From: Octopus sinensis
Lineage: Eukaryota
NCBI RefSeq assembly: GCF_006345805.1
Contig: NC_042999.1
Span: 64,976,001-65,040,000, forward strand
Direction of reading: 5' to 3'
DNA: 64,000 nucleotides
This document shows, one piece after another, positions 27,015 through 40,451 of the stretch; within the stretch, counting starts at the first letter, position 1; each line of letters begins with the position of its first letter. The position numbers and the translations under genes are program-made. The notes below the pieces were generated by a model. It had not been told where the DNA came from and did no database searches. It saw only the letters and a list, made by a program, of their open reading frames with translations.

Positions 27015-27539
27015 TATATGTATACACACACAGACGCGCACACATATGTAGGTAAGTATCTGTTTCTTTCTCTTGCCTTCGCTTTCTACACACACAAACA
27101 CACAGAGACACACATGTATATGCATCTGATCACGTTTAAGAAAGTAAAGCAAATTTAACTCTTATCATTTCTTGTATTGCTTACACATAACGTGAGTACA
27201 CATATTCGTTGCTGTCTGCTTCACGACGACACACTTATATTCAATATATTTTCTGAAATAAGATTTGCCTTTAGCGTCTCTTGAATTTTTCTTTTTTCAT
27301 TTTTTTTTTTTGAAGATTCCTCCTTTCTCTCATGAGGCAGCAGGTGTTCTGCAGTATATTTGCTACCTCGTTTAACTAAAATGTAGTTGATACATCTTGC
27401 GTGTACAGACAGTGTACATATTATTTTTTTTTTTTTGTTTCGTATTATTGCTTTTAAGTATCATGTTGGGTTGAAAGTCATAATAAATGTGTGAGTGTGC
27501 ATGTGGGTGCACGCGCGTGCGTAGGTTCAGATATATATT

Positions 27540-28043
27540 TTCATGTATGTATACTTTTATATACATATTTGATTATGATATATGTTAGCTAACATACTCA
27601 TAATCAAATATGTATATAAAAGTATAAGGCATATGCGCACGTGCGCATGTGCCTTATATAAATATCTCTATGTTCACACAAAAATATGTACACGCCTTTG
27701 TGTATGTATTGAATATATACTTAAATGAATATAAATATATATATATACAAATATATGTATATATATATATACATATATATATATATACATACATATATAT
27801 ATACATAGATATACATATATATATATACATATATAAATATAATATACATATATATATACATATATAAATATATATATATATATATATAATATATATATAT
27901 ATTATATATATACATATATATATATATACATAATATAATATGTATATACATATATATTTACATATATATACATAAATATACATATATATACATAAATATA
28001 CATATAAATAAATATTTATATACATATATATATTATTTTTAAT

Positions 28044-28082
<39 letters not shown>

Positions 28083-28151
28083 CACATGCTTATATACATA
28101 CATACATTTATGTATACATATATACATAAACATACATACACACGCACGTAC

Positions 28152-28213
<62 letters not shown>

Positions 28214-28265
28214 TATATGTATGTATATACTAATACATATTTTACACATTATAATGTATTTATAC
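27540..28265. repeat. Large TA-rich low-complexity block
   Basis: Degenerate (TA)n/(TACA)n over about 700 bp. Similar blocks occur at about 18.9-19.2, 34.8-35.2, 45.5-45.7 and 62.9-63.1 kb. Confidence 0.9.
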
Positions 28266-28980
28266 ATGACGATACTAATAATCCTATGACAACACTTAAT
28301 GTATATACACTTTCAAATAAATGTTAGTTGCGTTCCGAACATATGAAATTAAATGAAAAGGAAAAAGGAAATTGTGCGATGAACTTCATTAGCTTGCAGC
28401 TATTTCTGCTATAGGATGCTGTGCTCTCATGGCTGAGTGATTGTGCATCACATCAGAGCTTTCTCGGAGCTTTTAAAATGATGTTTAAGTATATTTGTGT
28501 AAGCATTTACATATAGGGATCATATCTCCGTCGAAACAAAAATACCTAAGAAACGGTATATAGAATTTGAACGATGAAAACCACTCCCAGAAATATGTAG
28601 GCACACGACGAAGGCACACAGCGAAGCGTATGTAAAGAATTATTCATACGCATAAACAACAAAAATAACGAAGGGGAATTCACAATGTTCACATGACCGT
28701 AGGAACCCAGAGAGAAAAATGTCAATGAAGAGAGATAGAATGTGACAGAATTTAAAATGAGAGAAGGGGAGGGGAAGAGAAGCGAAGAAAAAAAAAGAAA
28801 AGTAAAGCGAAAAGATAAAGCACAAAAAAGATGCCTGCTAAGGTCGTAAGGCAGTTCGCAAGATTACATGTTTTAAAGATTCCAACTAGATTTGACAACA
28901 GGCCAGTATCTGAGTTCCTCGGCATTTTCAAGCATTTTCACCCTTGCACCCTTAATATAATCATATATATATATATAATA

Positions 28981-29222
28981 ACATGCGCCCTTTTCAAGCC
29001 TAGCCAGGCTCATGGGCCCAGTTTCTATGGCGTATATGTTCTCCAGCTGGACGGGGCGCCAGTCCATCGCAGTGTTACTCATTTTTGCCATCTGAGTGGA
29101 CTGAAGCAACGTAAAATTAAGGGTTTTGCTCAAGAACACAACGAGTCGCCCGGTCCAGGAATCGAAACCACAATCTTATGATCATGATGCTGACACCCTA
29201 ACCACTGAGCCACCCGCCTCCA
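28981..29222 (-). mobile_element. Family B SINE
   Basis: tRNA head, CORE-like segment, TGCGATGGACTGGCGCCCCGTCCAG domain, AAGGGCGCATG tail. Confidence 0.85.
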
Positions 29223-29239
29223 CCATGTATCTATGTATA

Positions 29240-29295
<56 letters not shown>

Positions 29296-29360
29296 CATAG
29301 ATATATATATATATATATATATATATGTTTTGTGTGTGTGTGTGTGTGTGTGTGAGTATT

Positions 29361-29858
29361 CTAGCTGAGGTACCCGGTAATAAATTGGTGTTAGTAAGAT
29401 ATCTGTTATAGCCATGAAACATTTTTCGTCAAATTTCGGGATTTTGCAAGAATTTATAGTCTATATTCATGGGTAGTACCTATTTGACAAAAAAAAACAA
29501 AAAACAAAAAAAGTGCTGAGTCTGTTAGCGAACCCGTGTCGTCGTCATTTTTTATGCATGTGCGTAAAATGCCTAAATTTTTCTTGGGAAATAAAATGCT
29601 CTTACCTAATGAAAACCTGAAACGCAGGGGAATTAAAAGAACGAATTGAAATAGTATGTTTTATCAAATCAAAACAATTCGCATTGCTATGAAAAATTAG
29701 TAAATGCTAAATAGATTACCGTTAATATGTCTTTTGACAGTCTTGAAACATTTTGCGTCAGATTCCAGCATTTTTCAAAAGATTAAACCTTTATTTATGT
29801 GTTGGAGCAATTTGACGAAAAAAATTAGCAGAGTCTGGTAGCGAACCCATGTCGTCGT

Positions 29859-29889
<31 letters not shown>

Positions 29890-30408
29890 GGATGTGCGTA
29901 AAATGGCAAAATTTTACGCTTTGCGGCAGATTTCGTCGAGTTGATGTCACGACGGGTAGTGTGCAAAATGCGTAAATTGTGTTTGGGGAAAAGAAATGCA
30001 CTTACCTATTTAAAACCTGAAACACTGGGGGATTAAAAAAACCAATTGAAATACTAAGTTTTAAGAAATCGAAACAATTCGTAGTGAAATGAAGAATTAG
30101 CAAATGCTAAATAGATTGCCGTTAATAGAGCTGTCTGTTTATACCCAAGAAACATTTTTCGTCAAATTTGGGCACTTTTAGTCAAATTGATGTTACGATG
30201 GCTAGTGCGAAAAATGCCGAAATTTTACGATTTTTGAAAAACCGATGCTGATCAAAAATCGATTTTTAAAAAATTCGAAGTGCGTAAGTGACCGCATAGG
30301 CATAAGCCCCACACGCGTGTCAAGTTTTATCAAGGTCAGTTGGATAGTCTCGGAGGAATTATAGTAAAAAATTCACAAACACACAAACTTGCCATTTATT
30401 ATTATAGA
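29361..30408 (-). mobile_element. Non-autonomous Helitron with internal tandem repeats
   Basis: Minus 5' end A|TCTATAATAATAAATGGCAAGTTTGTGTG; 3' CTAG at 29361-29364 with a degenerate hairpin. Internal unit anchors GAAACATTTT at 29416, 29745 and 30149. Confidence 0.7.
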
Positions 30409-30485
30409 TATATTTACACAAACACACACACACCACACACAACACCCACATACAAACACACAACACACACACACACACACACACA

Positions 30486-30538
<53 letters not shown>

Positions 30539-30542
<4 letters not shown>

Positions 30543-31565
30543 GTCATCTACAGAATTCATATTTTTTCCGTCCAAATGATTTGGAAGACTGCGGAGTAAA
30601 TGATTATAAAATGGAGCAATATCCGGTGAATATGGTGGCTGGGGCATCATTTCCCATTCAAACTGCTCCAACCTTTGGAATGTCATCCTCTTTGATGGAA
30701 GACACCTTTCGTCTTGAAACCAAAGTTGGTCGTTTTCCTTCTAGCGTTGATTTACACCGCTCAAGTTGCTTGCAATAGATCTCCTTTGTTATCGTTTGGT
30801 TTGGGTTTAAAAGTTCAAAGCAAACTAAACCTTTCATAACGCACCAAACATATAATAACGCTTTACGTGGGTGCAGACCTGGTTTTACCTGGGATGCCGG
30901 TGTTTCTCCTTTCCATTGACATTTTTATTGAGAACAAATTTCTCGTCACATGTCACTATTCGGTCCAAAGAAAGGATCATTCGTGAGACGTGACAGCGAA
31001 GAAGAGCACACATTCACACTCTGCGCACGATTAGACTCGGAAAGCTTGTGAGGAAGCCAATGACCCATTTTCCGATGGTTCTCAGTTGTCGATTAATGGT
31101 TGAATGACCAAAACCAAGCTTCTCTGCTAGTTCCGCAACGGTTACGACAGGAATTCGTTCCACTAGGGCTTGCAGGACGTCCTCGTTGAGCTCAACAGAT
31201 CTTCCAGGACGAAGCTTGTCTTCTAGGCTATAGTTTCTGGCTCAGAATTTCTGGAACCACCTTTGACACTGGTTTACGTTTATTGTCCGATTCGCATATA
31301 CTGCATTAATATTCCTCGCCCTTTCCTCTGCGTTGTGGTTTTTATTGAACATATGCCGAATATGCTTTTGTGTTACATCCATTATAGCTTTGAAAAAATA
31401 ACTGTTAAAATCGAACTGTACTCTCCAAAACTTGCAATAAAAATAAGGACAAAGTAAAACTACCACCTCCTTTTATAGCAAGTTGATGCAAGTACTTTAA
31501 ACCGTCCCTCTCCGGGTTTTAGTTCATGTCATTGAAATAAACGTATTATTTATAGGATGACACAA
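30539..31565 (-). mobile_element. mariner transposon, deleted and dead
   Basis: TA-flanked TIR-like ends TTGGGTCATC / GGATGACACAA. MDVTQKHIRH..CQRWFQKF..PGRSVEL HTH region, DRIVTCDEK, PPYSPDIAP. The second Asp region is deleted and the third reads FYN; the C-terminus runs directly into the TIR. Confidence 0.9.
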
Positions 31566-31589
31566 TATATATGTATATATTGTTTCGTT

Positions 31590-31987
31590 CGTCTCAGGCA
31601 GGGTATTGAAGAGCTGTGGGCTATTAAACACTAAGCTGTTGCAGTACTGGTCCTAAATATAGTTGGAGTGGATAGTGCCTTTGGTACAATAAAGTGGTGC
31701 TCAGCTCTGGCGTTTGTGTAACACTCAATGCCGAAATTAGATATTAGACCTTCTAGAGTTTTCCATATGAAGATTGTTACATATCTGTCGTTCCTTCGCT
31801 CCAGGAAGTAACGTTGCAGATTTTTCAACCTCACCCTATAGCTCATCCGCTGTACTATTTCAATATTCTTTTTAATGTAGAGGCGTTGAACCCTTTCATG
31901 CTCCGCTGTTAGTTTGGCACTATATGGTGACCACAGCTAGGCTCAGGAGTCCAGCCGGCTGAAAACAAATGTCCTCCACAGGGTCAA
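31590..31987 (-). mobile_element. CR1-like LINE RT C-terminal fragment
   Basis: SRLD..LWSPYS..VQR..SYRVRLKNLQRYFLERRNDRYVTIFIWKTLEGLISNFG..YCNSLVFNSPQLFNTLP. Confidence 0.75.
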
Positions 31988-31995
31988 CATAATTT

Positions 31996-32229
31996 CTTAT
32001 TTCTTTATTGCCCACAAGGGGTTAAACGAAGAGGGGACAAACAAGGTCAGACAAGGAGATTAAGTCGATTACATCGGCCCTAGTGCGTAACTGGTACTTA
32101 ATTTATCAACCCCGAAAGGATGAAAGGCAAAGTCAACCTCGGTGGAATTTGAACTCAGAATGTAACAGCAGATAAATACCGCTAGGTATTTCGCCAGACA
32201 TGCTAACATTTCTGCCAGATCACAACCTT
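31996..32229 (-). mobile_element. Full-length family A SINE
   Basis: Reverse complement of the 26783-27014 family. Confidence 0.85.
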
Positions 32230-32410
32230 CATAACTTCTTGGTTCTTGTCTTGAAGGACCTTTGTATCCATCCTACCAGTTGTTTGCCCTTTCCTGCCTG
32301 GACGCAAACACACAAACGCTGGTTGTCAAGCAGTGGGGAGGGGACAAACACATACACACACACACACACACACATATAGGCGTGCGTATGTATGTATGTA
32401 TGTATGTATG

Positions 32411-32441
<31 letters not shown>

Positions 32442-33334
32442 ATGTATGTATAAATTCTTTACACATTGCCTTGAATGAATGATACTTTTACAGAAGTGAT
32501 GTGTTAATATTCGGAATTCTAATGCATATTGCAATAACAGCTGTATATAACAGGTTTCAGAACTTAAGTCTTCTACTTTCTGTTTCCGAGTGAAATCAAT
32601 AGAGAAACAAGAACAATACAATTTCTTACAAAGTATAAAAGAAAGAAAGAAAGAAAAAAATGCTCTTCACTGAGCAAAGTTGTATTGTGTGGCATTGCAT
32701 ACTAAGTCTACAATGAAGTACCTGGAGGAATAAACTAGATAGCGAAATTCTACCATGAGTTGAAAAAAACAAAAACTTCTTGGAAGTTTCACCCAGTCTG
32801 ACTATTTATTTCTCTTCATCTTCGCGCCTCTATCCGTCTATCCGTCTCGTTCTCTGCTCATTTAGACTTCAACAATGATCATACATGAAATGCTTCAGGC
32901 CGACTTAAAATGGCCCTCATTATCATAATTATGCTTATTTAGATAAGACATGTAAATTCATCATAGTCAGGACACATGGCGGTTTGCTCCTGGCATTACT
33001 GTCCAACACAGGCGTTTATGCGTTTTCACTAGTTTAAACAGTACAATGAACAGATATAGGATCATTAGAACATTAAAACGTACAAATGCATTCGCCGATA
33101 CACACACACACACACACACACACACCACACAACACGATTTTATCTTTTATTCTTTTACTTGTTCCAGATATTGAAATGAAGGACAATTGCAAAGTTTGGT
33201 GCTTATTTAATTGTTCTTTTTGCCGAATTGCTAATACTTTAGTGACATTAAACATACTAAAGCAGGTTTTTAAGCATTGACAAATAAGCACAAAATACGT
33301 ATATGCACACACACAAATACACACACACACACAC

Positions 33335-33617
33335 ATGGCTGTGTGATAAGAAGCATGTTTCTCAACCACGCGGTTCCGGGTTCAGTCCCCCTGCGTGTCA
33401 ACTTGGGCAAATGGCTTCTACTGTAACCTCGGGCCAACCAAAGCCTTGTGAGTGGATTTGGTAGACGGAAACTGAAAGGCGCCTGTCGTGTATATATCCC
33501 CGAAAGGATGAAAGGCAAAGTCGACCGCGGGAGAATTTGAACACAGAACGTAGCGCCGAGGGAAATACTGCTAAGCATTTCGTACGTCTTAATAACGATT
33601 CTGCCAACTCGCTACCA
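33335..33617. mobile_element. Family C SINE head (+) joined to family A SINE head (-)
   Basis: The C head 33335-33492 ends at its microsatellite; the A head 33497-33617 is inverted. Confidence 0.7.
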
Positions 33618-35067
33618 TCGTGCTCCTTAATATCGAAACTACAAAGGCGGTGTTATTTCTTTTAGGTTCGGATTTCTGTGTTCACAAATAAGAAATGCCT
33701 AATTTAGAAAGAGTAGTGTTTTACGCATCGTAAAAAGCCCTAGAAGGAACATTTAAATTTAAACTGCATATTCAATTTCTTTCTTTGAAGTTCATCTCTC
33801 TCTCCGTCTCTATCTCTCTCTTTGTTTCTCTGTCTCTCTGTCTCTCTGTCTCTCTCTCTCTCTCTCACACACACACAACAAATATGCTTACATACATATA
33901 ACTGTGTGTGTCTGTGTGTATTTATTTCTGTCAAGTCAAAGTCAATTTATGCCTTCGCTTTAAGGCAAACGAGGAAACGAAAGAGGTAATTCTATACAGC
34001 TGCATTAATTTCACACTAGAAGTTCTAAAAATCGCCGACAAACTTCGACGACGCCAACGCATTGGCCATCCACCAATTAAGTTACGTCACAGCGGAAGAG
34101 TCCACTTTTGAGAATCAGGAAGTGGTTGAGCTTTGAAAGCTTGCCTGTTTGAAGCTACAATGGATTACTATTTAAATCTACAACACAGTAACGGCTTACA
34201 TACATCGAACATTGCAACCGTGCGCGCATGCACTTTCTATCTCTCTCTTACAAACACGCACACAGACACACACACATGTCTCGAACACTACATTCATTCA
34301 AACTCGACCTCACGAACACATAAACACAGAGGCACGCAGACATTCTTTTTCCATCACAAAAATAAATTAGAAATTGCTTTGTCACACGCAACATGCAGAG
34401 GTCAAAGATCTTATATATTTGTCGAATGTATATGACGGTTGCATGAACCTAAACAAGTCACGTGCCAGTTACCTTTACTAAAGTCACTGCTCTCGTATCT
34501 CACATTCGTGACGATCTTTTTATAACATTCAACAAAACCATTCTCAAAGGGACATACCTCCAAAGCTCCAGCCCTGTCCATGTTCCTAATTTAGCCACAT
34601 AATCTACATAGCGGCAATAAAATCTTCCAATATCTAACTGCATTGGGGCTCTGGAAAATGTTTTGGCATTGTTCCATTGCAGATGGAATCGTTTTCCTTT
34701 CACCTATTTTTATATTTCTATATTCCTGCATTTTTTCACCACGCATCCTGATTGTATCACTCAATTACCAGTACACACACACACACACATACATACATAC
34801 ATCATACATACATACATACATACATACATACATACATACATACATACACACATACATACATACACACATACATTCATACATAGACACATACATACATACC
34901 TAAGCGTGAGTATATACGTGTATATACATACATGAATATGCAAATATGTAGATATATATATATACATACATACATATATAATATAAAATATATGTACATA
35001 TATATATATAATATATATACATATATGTACATATATATGTGTGTATATATATATATAAATATATATA

Positions 35068-35100
<33 letters not shown>

Positions 35101-35182
35101 ATACATGACATATTTGTACATATATATGTGTGTGTATATATATATATATATATCATATACTATTTATTTATATTTGTAGATA

Positions 35183-35228
<46 letters not shown>

Positions 35229-36112
35229 GTATATGTACGCATGTGGGGGTGGGGGTGTTTGTGTGGACGTGAATGGACATACATATTAAAATTGCCTGCG
35301 TGTCTTTCGGTTTGATTATGATTGAATGAACGGATCAATACAACGATCAAATCGCCCTGTCTCTCTTCTTTTACTCTCTCACGGTTTCGTTTTGTTCCCC
35401 TCACTTTTGTCTTCCTCACTTTTTTCCAATTTGTCTCTGCATACGTGCATCACACACACACACACACACACACGCATATGCACATACGCACACGCATACA
35501 GAGACGCATGCACAAACATGCACATACATACATACATACATACAAACATACATACATACATACATACATATGTGCGTGTCTCTGTTTCTCTGTGTATGTA
35601 GGCATATGTTTACAAATAATATCTATAAAATTAATTAACTTGTATTTAGTTCTGCTGGCAAAGTAAGTCCCGTAGTTAAACCGCAGGGATTTCTCCAGGT
35701 TGAACCTAAAGTAAATATATACTTATTGAACATATAGACAGAACTCTGTAAACATACGTATTAATTACTCAAGAAGAATTATAAATACGTGTATGTATTT
35801 GTGTGTGTGCCTCTGTGTGTGTGTGTGTGTGTGTGTGTGTCTGTCTGTCTATAATTATATACCTCGTGCTTTGCATTTTATGTTGGGTCGTAATCAATAA
35901 AATCGAAGAATTCAATGAAAAACTCCACATAAACAGCGCCACATTTGCTGCAAAAGCACGTGCAATAGTCACATCTGTGCAGAAAAGCGTAAGTCCCTAA
36001 TAAGGCTGAAAAGCTGCAACTGTATTGCTCGCGTTACAGCGAACAATCAAACGATAGCAATATTCGAAATCGAGCTATAGTTAACATTTATGGATGTAAA
36101 AAATAAAAAATA

Positions 36113-36341
36113 AATGCGCCCTTTTTAAAGAGAAACCTGGTTCATGGGCTCGGTTTCCCGGTTTCAATGGCATATGTGTTCCCCAGCTGGACGGGACGCC
36201 AGTCCATGGCAGCGTTACTCATTTTTGCCAGCTGAGTGGACTGGAGCAACGTGGAACGAAGTGTTTTGCGTCGCCCGGTCCAGGAACCGAAACCACAATT
36301 TTACGATCATGATGCTGACACCCTAACCACTGAGCCACGCG
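36113..36341 (-). mobile_element. Family B SINE
   Basis: Homologous to 28981-29222, with a small internal deletion. Confidence 0.8.
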
Positions 36342-36865
36342 TATGGACGTATACACACACATAAATATAATTTTGTCGGTCACAACATGTACAGACGACT
36401 ATTGGCAGCTGCTCTACAGGAAAGTCAATAATATCGTTAGACCAATGTATTGGAATATAGCTGAGAACAAAACCACGCAAAAGAATCACTATCGACAGAA
36501 GACCGTATGAGCTTAGTTTTGACTACCTCAAGCAGCAGAAACATTAAAACCAGGGATTAAGACATACAGAATTAACTGTATTCTAATACGATATATAAAC
36601 ATTGAATACGATATATAGGCACAGAAATTTGACTGAAATTTTCACAAACGAACCTGGGGCCCAATACCGGGTTAAACGCTGAAGTACAAAGGAAGAATAC
36701 GGACACAGTTAAGACTTAGTATTAATGCTACTTATTCTCAAGCCAAATCTTTACTCGCAGTTCATACGTCGCGATGCATACACGCTGAGATGGGTTTCTG
36801 ACATCGTGACTCAGCCGTTTTGGCGCCGCATTTTTGGTGTTGTGATTCAACTCTTTTACTTTTTT

Positions 36866-37084
36866 ACTCATTTACTTGTTTCAGTCATTTCACAGTGGCC
36901 ATGCTGGAGCACCGCCTTTAGTCGAGCAAATCGACCCCATGACTTATTCTTTGTAAGCCTAGTACTTATTATATTGGTCTCATTTGCCGAACCCTAATTT
37001 ACGGACGTTAACACACCAGTATCGGTTGTCAAGCGATGTTGGGGTGACAGACACAGACACACAAACATACACACCACAACACAC

Positions 37085-37118
<34 letters not shown>

Positions 37119-37290
37119 CTATATAGATATATATAATAATATATACGACGGGCTTCTTTCAGTTTTCGTCTACCAAATCCACTCACAAGGCTTTGGTCGG
37201 CCCGAGGCTATAGTAGAAGACACTAGCCCAAAGTGCCACGCAATGGGACTGAACCCAGAACCATGTGGTTGATAAGCAAGCTACTTACAT
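36866..37290 (-). mobile_element. Family C SINE
   Basis: Homologous to 15236-15626. Confidence 0.85.
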
Positions 37291-38173
37291 TTCTCTCGTT
37301 TTAATGTGTCTCTCGTTCTCTCTACCTCTTACAGTCTTCCGTTTCTCTCTCCCTCCCCATCCCTCTCTCTCTCTCTCTCTCGCACTCTCTTCCTCTCTCT
37401 CTGTTTGTGAGCATATTTGTCTTTATGTGCCTGAGTGCTTATATCAGTCGTATTCTATAACTCAATTATAATCTCTCTTTCTTCCTCTCTGTCTCTCTCC
37501 TTCTCTTTTTTCCACGCGCACTCTCTCTACCTGCATGTGTATATTTCTGCGCACCTGCGCATAAGCGTCTGTGTGTATTTGACTCCAACGAGAAAATGCA
37601 TGGTGAATTTCCAGTCAGCCGTGCCAAATCGTCAGTCTCCAAACAGTAGCGCCAAATTGTCTCATTTCGCACATAGATTGTGAACGGTATGAAATTGCCA
37701 AGAATATTTGTAGAAAGAATGAATGTATTTTACGGAAGTACCGAGAACCATTCGGTTTGCTGATCTTGCTACAAAATTTCTCGTATGTTATTACAGATTT
37801 TCTTTTTTTTATATATATTCAGTACAGTAGACATAAACAGTCTATTCAAAATAAACGGAAACTATGCAAAAACAAAAAAAATGCTGAGATTATAATTCAG
37901 CCAGCTATACTGACTTGAATATCGTGTAGAAGGATGAAAACAAACTATTCAGAAAAAAAACCCAGCTTACACAGAGAGACAGACAGACAGACAGATAGAT
38001 AGAAACACACACACACACACACATACACAATAGATGGATAGATACTTACATACGGTTACATAGAAGTATGATACGCGTATATATTTCCAAAAGTATATTT
38101 ACATATATATGTGTGCACTTAATTCTACATATTAGCGTATGTAACAAATCTGGTCTTTAAACATCGTTTATAT

Positions 38174-38205
<32 letters not shown>

Positions 38206-38347
38206 CTATATTATATATATATATATGTATGTATGTATGTATGTGTGTGTGGTGTTACTACTATGATATTGTTGATGAAACTATGATTTTGGTTAATGGA
38301 GTAACTATAAAATAAATCTTTTAAATTTAACTAAATTGTATATTTTT

Positions 38348-38437
38348 ATGCAGCTGGAGATTGCTCTTCATTTTAAAACTGATGTAATACTTGCATTGTT
38401 CAATTAAATGGAGTCGCATGAAACGATCGTACTGCAT
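38348..38437 (+). ncRNA. Type I hammerhead-like motif, A6G substitution
   Basis: AUGCAG|CUGGAGA|UUGCUCUUCAUUU...AAAUGGAGUCGCAU|GAAA|CGAUCG|UA|CUGCAU; homolog of 24600-24688. Confidence 0.7.
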
Positions 38438-39299
38438 TACCTCTGGATATTCTTGTTGCGTATTTTGATTATAATCACCCCATTTTGAATTTTATGGATA
38501 ATAGCATACAAAATTCTGGTGCCTTTAACTTAAGTACCATATTCAACTAGATCTAAATTTTTACTGAACTGTACAAACTAGGGTGTTGGAATACCATTTG
38601 CTAGGAAGATGAGTTACCACTCCAAAACTGCAAATATATATATATATATGCAGAGATTTAAAATTTCTTATAATATTTTTCAATGCCGGATAGAAAAGAG
38701 ATAAATATATTGGCGCTCAATTGGTCTTTCTTTTATCGACTCCGAAAGCATAAAAAGCAAAATCGGCTTCAGCCGAATGTGAAACGAGAACATAAAGACG
38801 ACGAAATAAGCCAAACATTTTGCTCACTGTACTAACGATTCTGTCAGCTCACCTCTTTTAGAAATGTAATGAAGATATTGGTTTCAAATTTTGGCACAAG
38901 ACCAGCAATTTCCGAGGAGAGGTTAAGTCCATTACATAAACCCCAGTGCTTCACTGGTCCTTATTTTATCGACCCGAATGGATAGCAGGACATGGGTGAA
39001 ATTTGAACTCAGAACGTAACAGCGGACGAAATGCCGCTAAGTATTTCGCCCGGCTTATTTCTACCAGTTTATTCCTACCAGCTCGCAGCTTTTAAAGAGA
39101 TGAATATATTAAAAAAACTTTGAACTTTTCAAGCATGAAATATTTCTGTTTATCTACGTTTTTCGTTATTTTAGCATTCGCCCTACGTGTGTATGCTAAT
39201 ATGTAAACATGTGCCTATATATATATATATATATATATATATGGCTGCTATTTCTAGCGGGATGAACGGCCTATTATGGTCGTTCCTAAATTTTGTTGT

Positions 39300-39350
<51 letters not shown>

Positions 39351-39370
39351 AATATGTACTTTTTGTGTAT

Positions 39371-39427
39371 GTCCCACTGAAGAGACAGAGCATATTGTTT
39401 GCAATGCCAGAAATCTAGATCTGGGAT
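39371..39427 (+). ncRNA. Minimal type I hammerhead-like motif, canonical core
   Basis: GUCCCA|CUGAAGA|GACAGA-GC-AU-AUUG-UUUG-CAAU-GC-CA|GAAA|UCUAGA|UC|UGGGAU. Helix I 6 bp; palindrome AUCUAGAU; AUC triplet. Confidence 0.75.
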
Positions 39428-39694
39428 TATCCAGAAATTTTTGCTAGTCTTTTTGTCTCTTTGCCTTTTCTCCTGGTTCTGTATGAATACTTGATGTGGT
39501 TTTAGAGTCAAGTTTTGACTGCTATCTGTAGCACGGTGGTATATTTTAGGTACCCTTAATTATAATTTTAATAATAATTATTACCTATAAGTTTTTTTTA
39601 TTCTCATGCTGGCCACTTGATATAATCGGTATTTTAAATAATGATCTTATCCTTTTTTCTATAAATTTATATATATATAGATGTGTGTGTATAG

Positions 39695-39725
<31 letters not shown>

Positions 39726-39837
39726 AATATATATATATATACACGCCCATATATATGTATGTATGACGTATATTTATAATACATCTAGCACACATGCACA
39801 CAGACATACACACAGACATACACACACACACGTTTCA

Positions 39838-40146
39838 ACGTTTCATCCTTTACTTGTTCCAGTTAATAGACCGTGGCCATAATGGAGCACCGTCTTGCAA
39901 ATTGATAGTCGAACCAATCGAAATGAATACTTAGTTTTTTTTAATGTGTTAAACCTGATACAGATTCTAACGATTGTGTACATACACATATACATGAAAG
40001 GGATTCTTTCAGTTTCCGCCTGGAAAATCAACACACAAGGCCTTGACCAGTTCGGGACTATAGTAGGAAACTTTTGCACGTGGTACCACACTATGGGACT
40101 AAAATCTGAACTACGTATTGGAAAGCAAACTTCCTACCATACAGTC
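39838..40146 (-). mobile_element. Degenerate family C SINE
   Basis: Tail TTACTTGTTCCAG, ATTCTTTCAGTTTCC and head remnants. Confidence 0.65.
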
Positions 40147-40274
40147 ACGCATGCGCCTACACACACTCACTCACTCTCTCACACACGCACACAGTATATA
40201 TATGTATATATATGTATATGATAGACCGTTAGCTCCTACACGCATTTTTTTCTCTCCTTGTTTCTTTTCTGTGT

Positions 40275-40314
40275 ATCTTTCTGTCGAAGAGCGTAGGCTC
40301 GAAACGTAAAAGAT
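40275..40314 (+). ncRNA. Minimal type I hammerhead-like motif, U6 core variant
   Basis: AUCUUU|CUGUCGA|A|GAGC-GUAG-GCUC|GAAA|CG|UA|AAAGAU. Helix I 6 bp, helix II 4 bp, ACGU palindrome; lies in a roughly 175-bp unit (40218-40392) between TA runs. Confidence 0.7.
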
Positions 40315-40415
40315 TTGTTCTATTTCTATTCCTGAGCTCCATACTAATATATTTGTTTGTTTGTACTCCACCAGCCTTCGTCTTTTGTTTATTTTCGTAA
40401 AACTTCCGTTAATAT

Positions 40416-40451
<36 letters not shown>

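Noticed and set aside
39264-39285. 8-bp hairpin GAACGGCC/GGTCGTTC in an island between TA arrays
   Set aside because: Short, no associated motif; probably a retroelement tail remnant.
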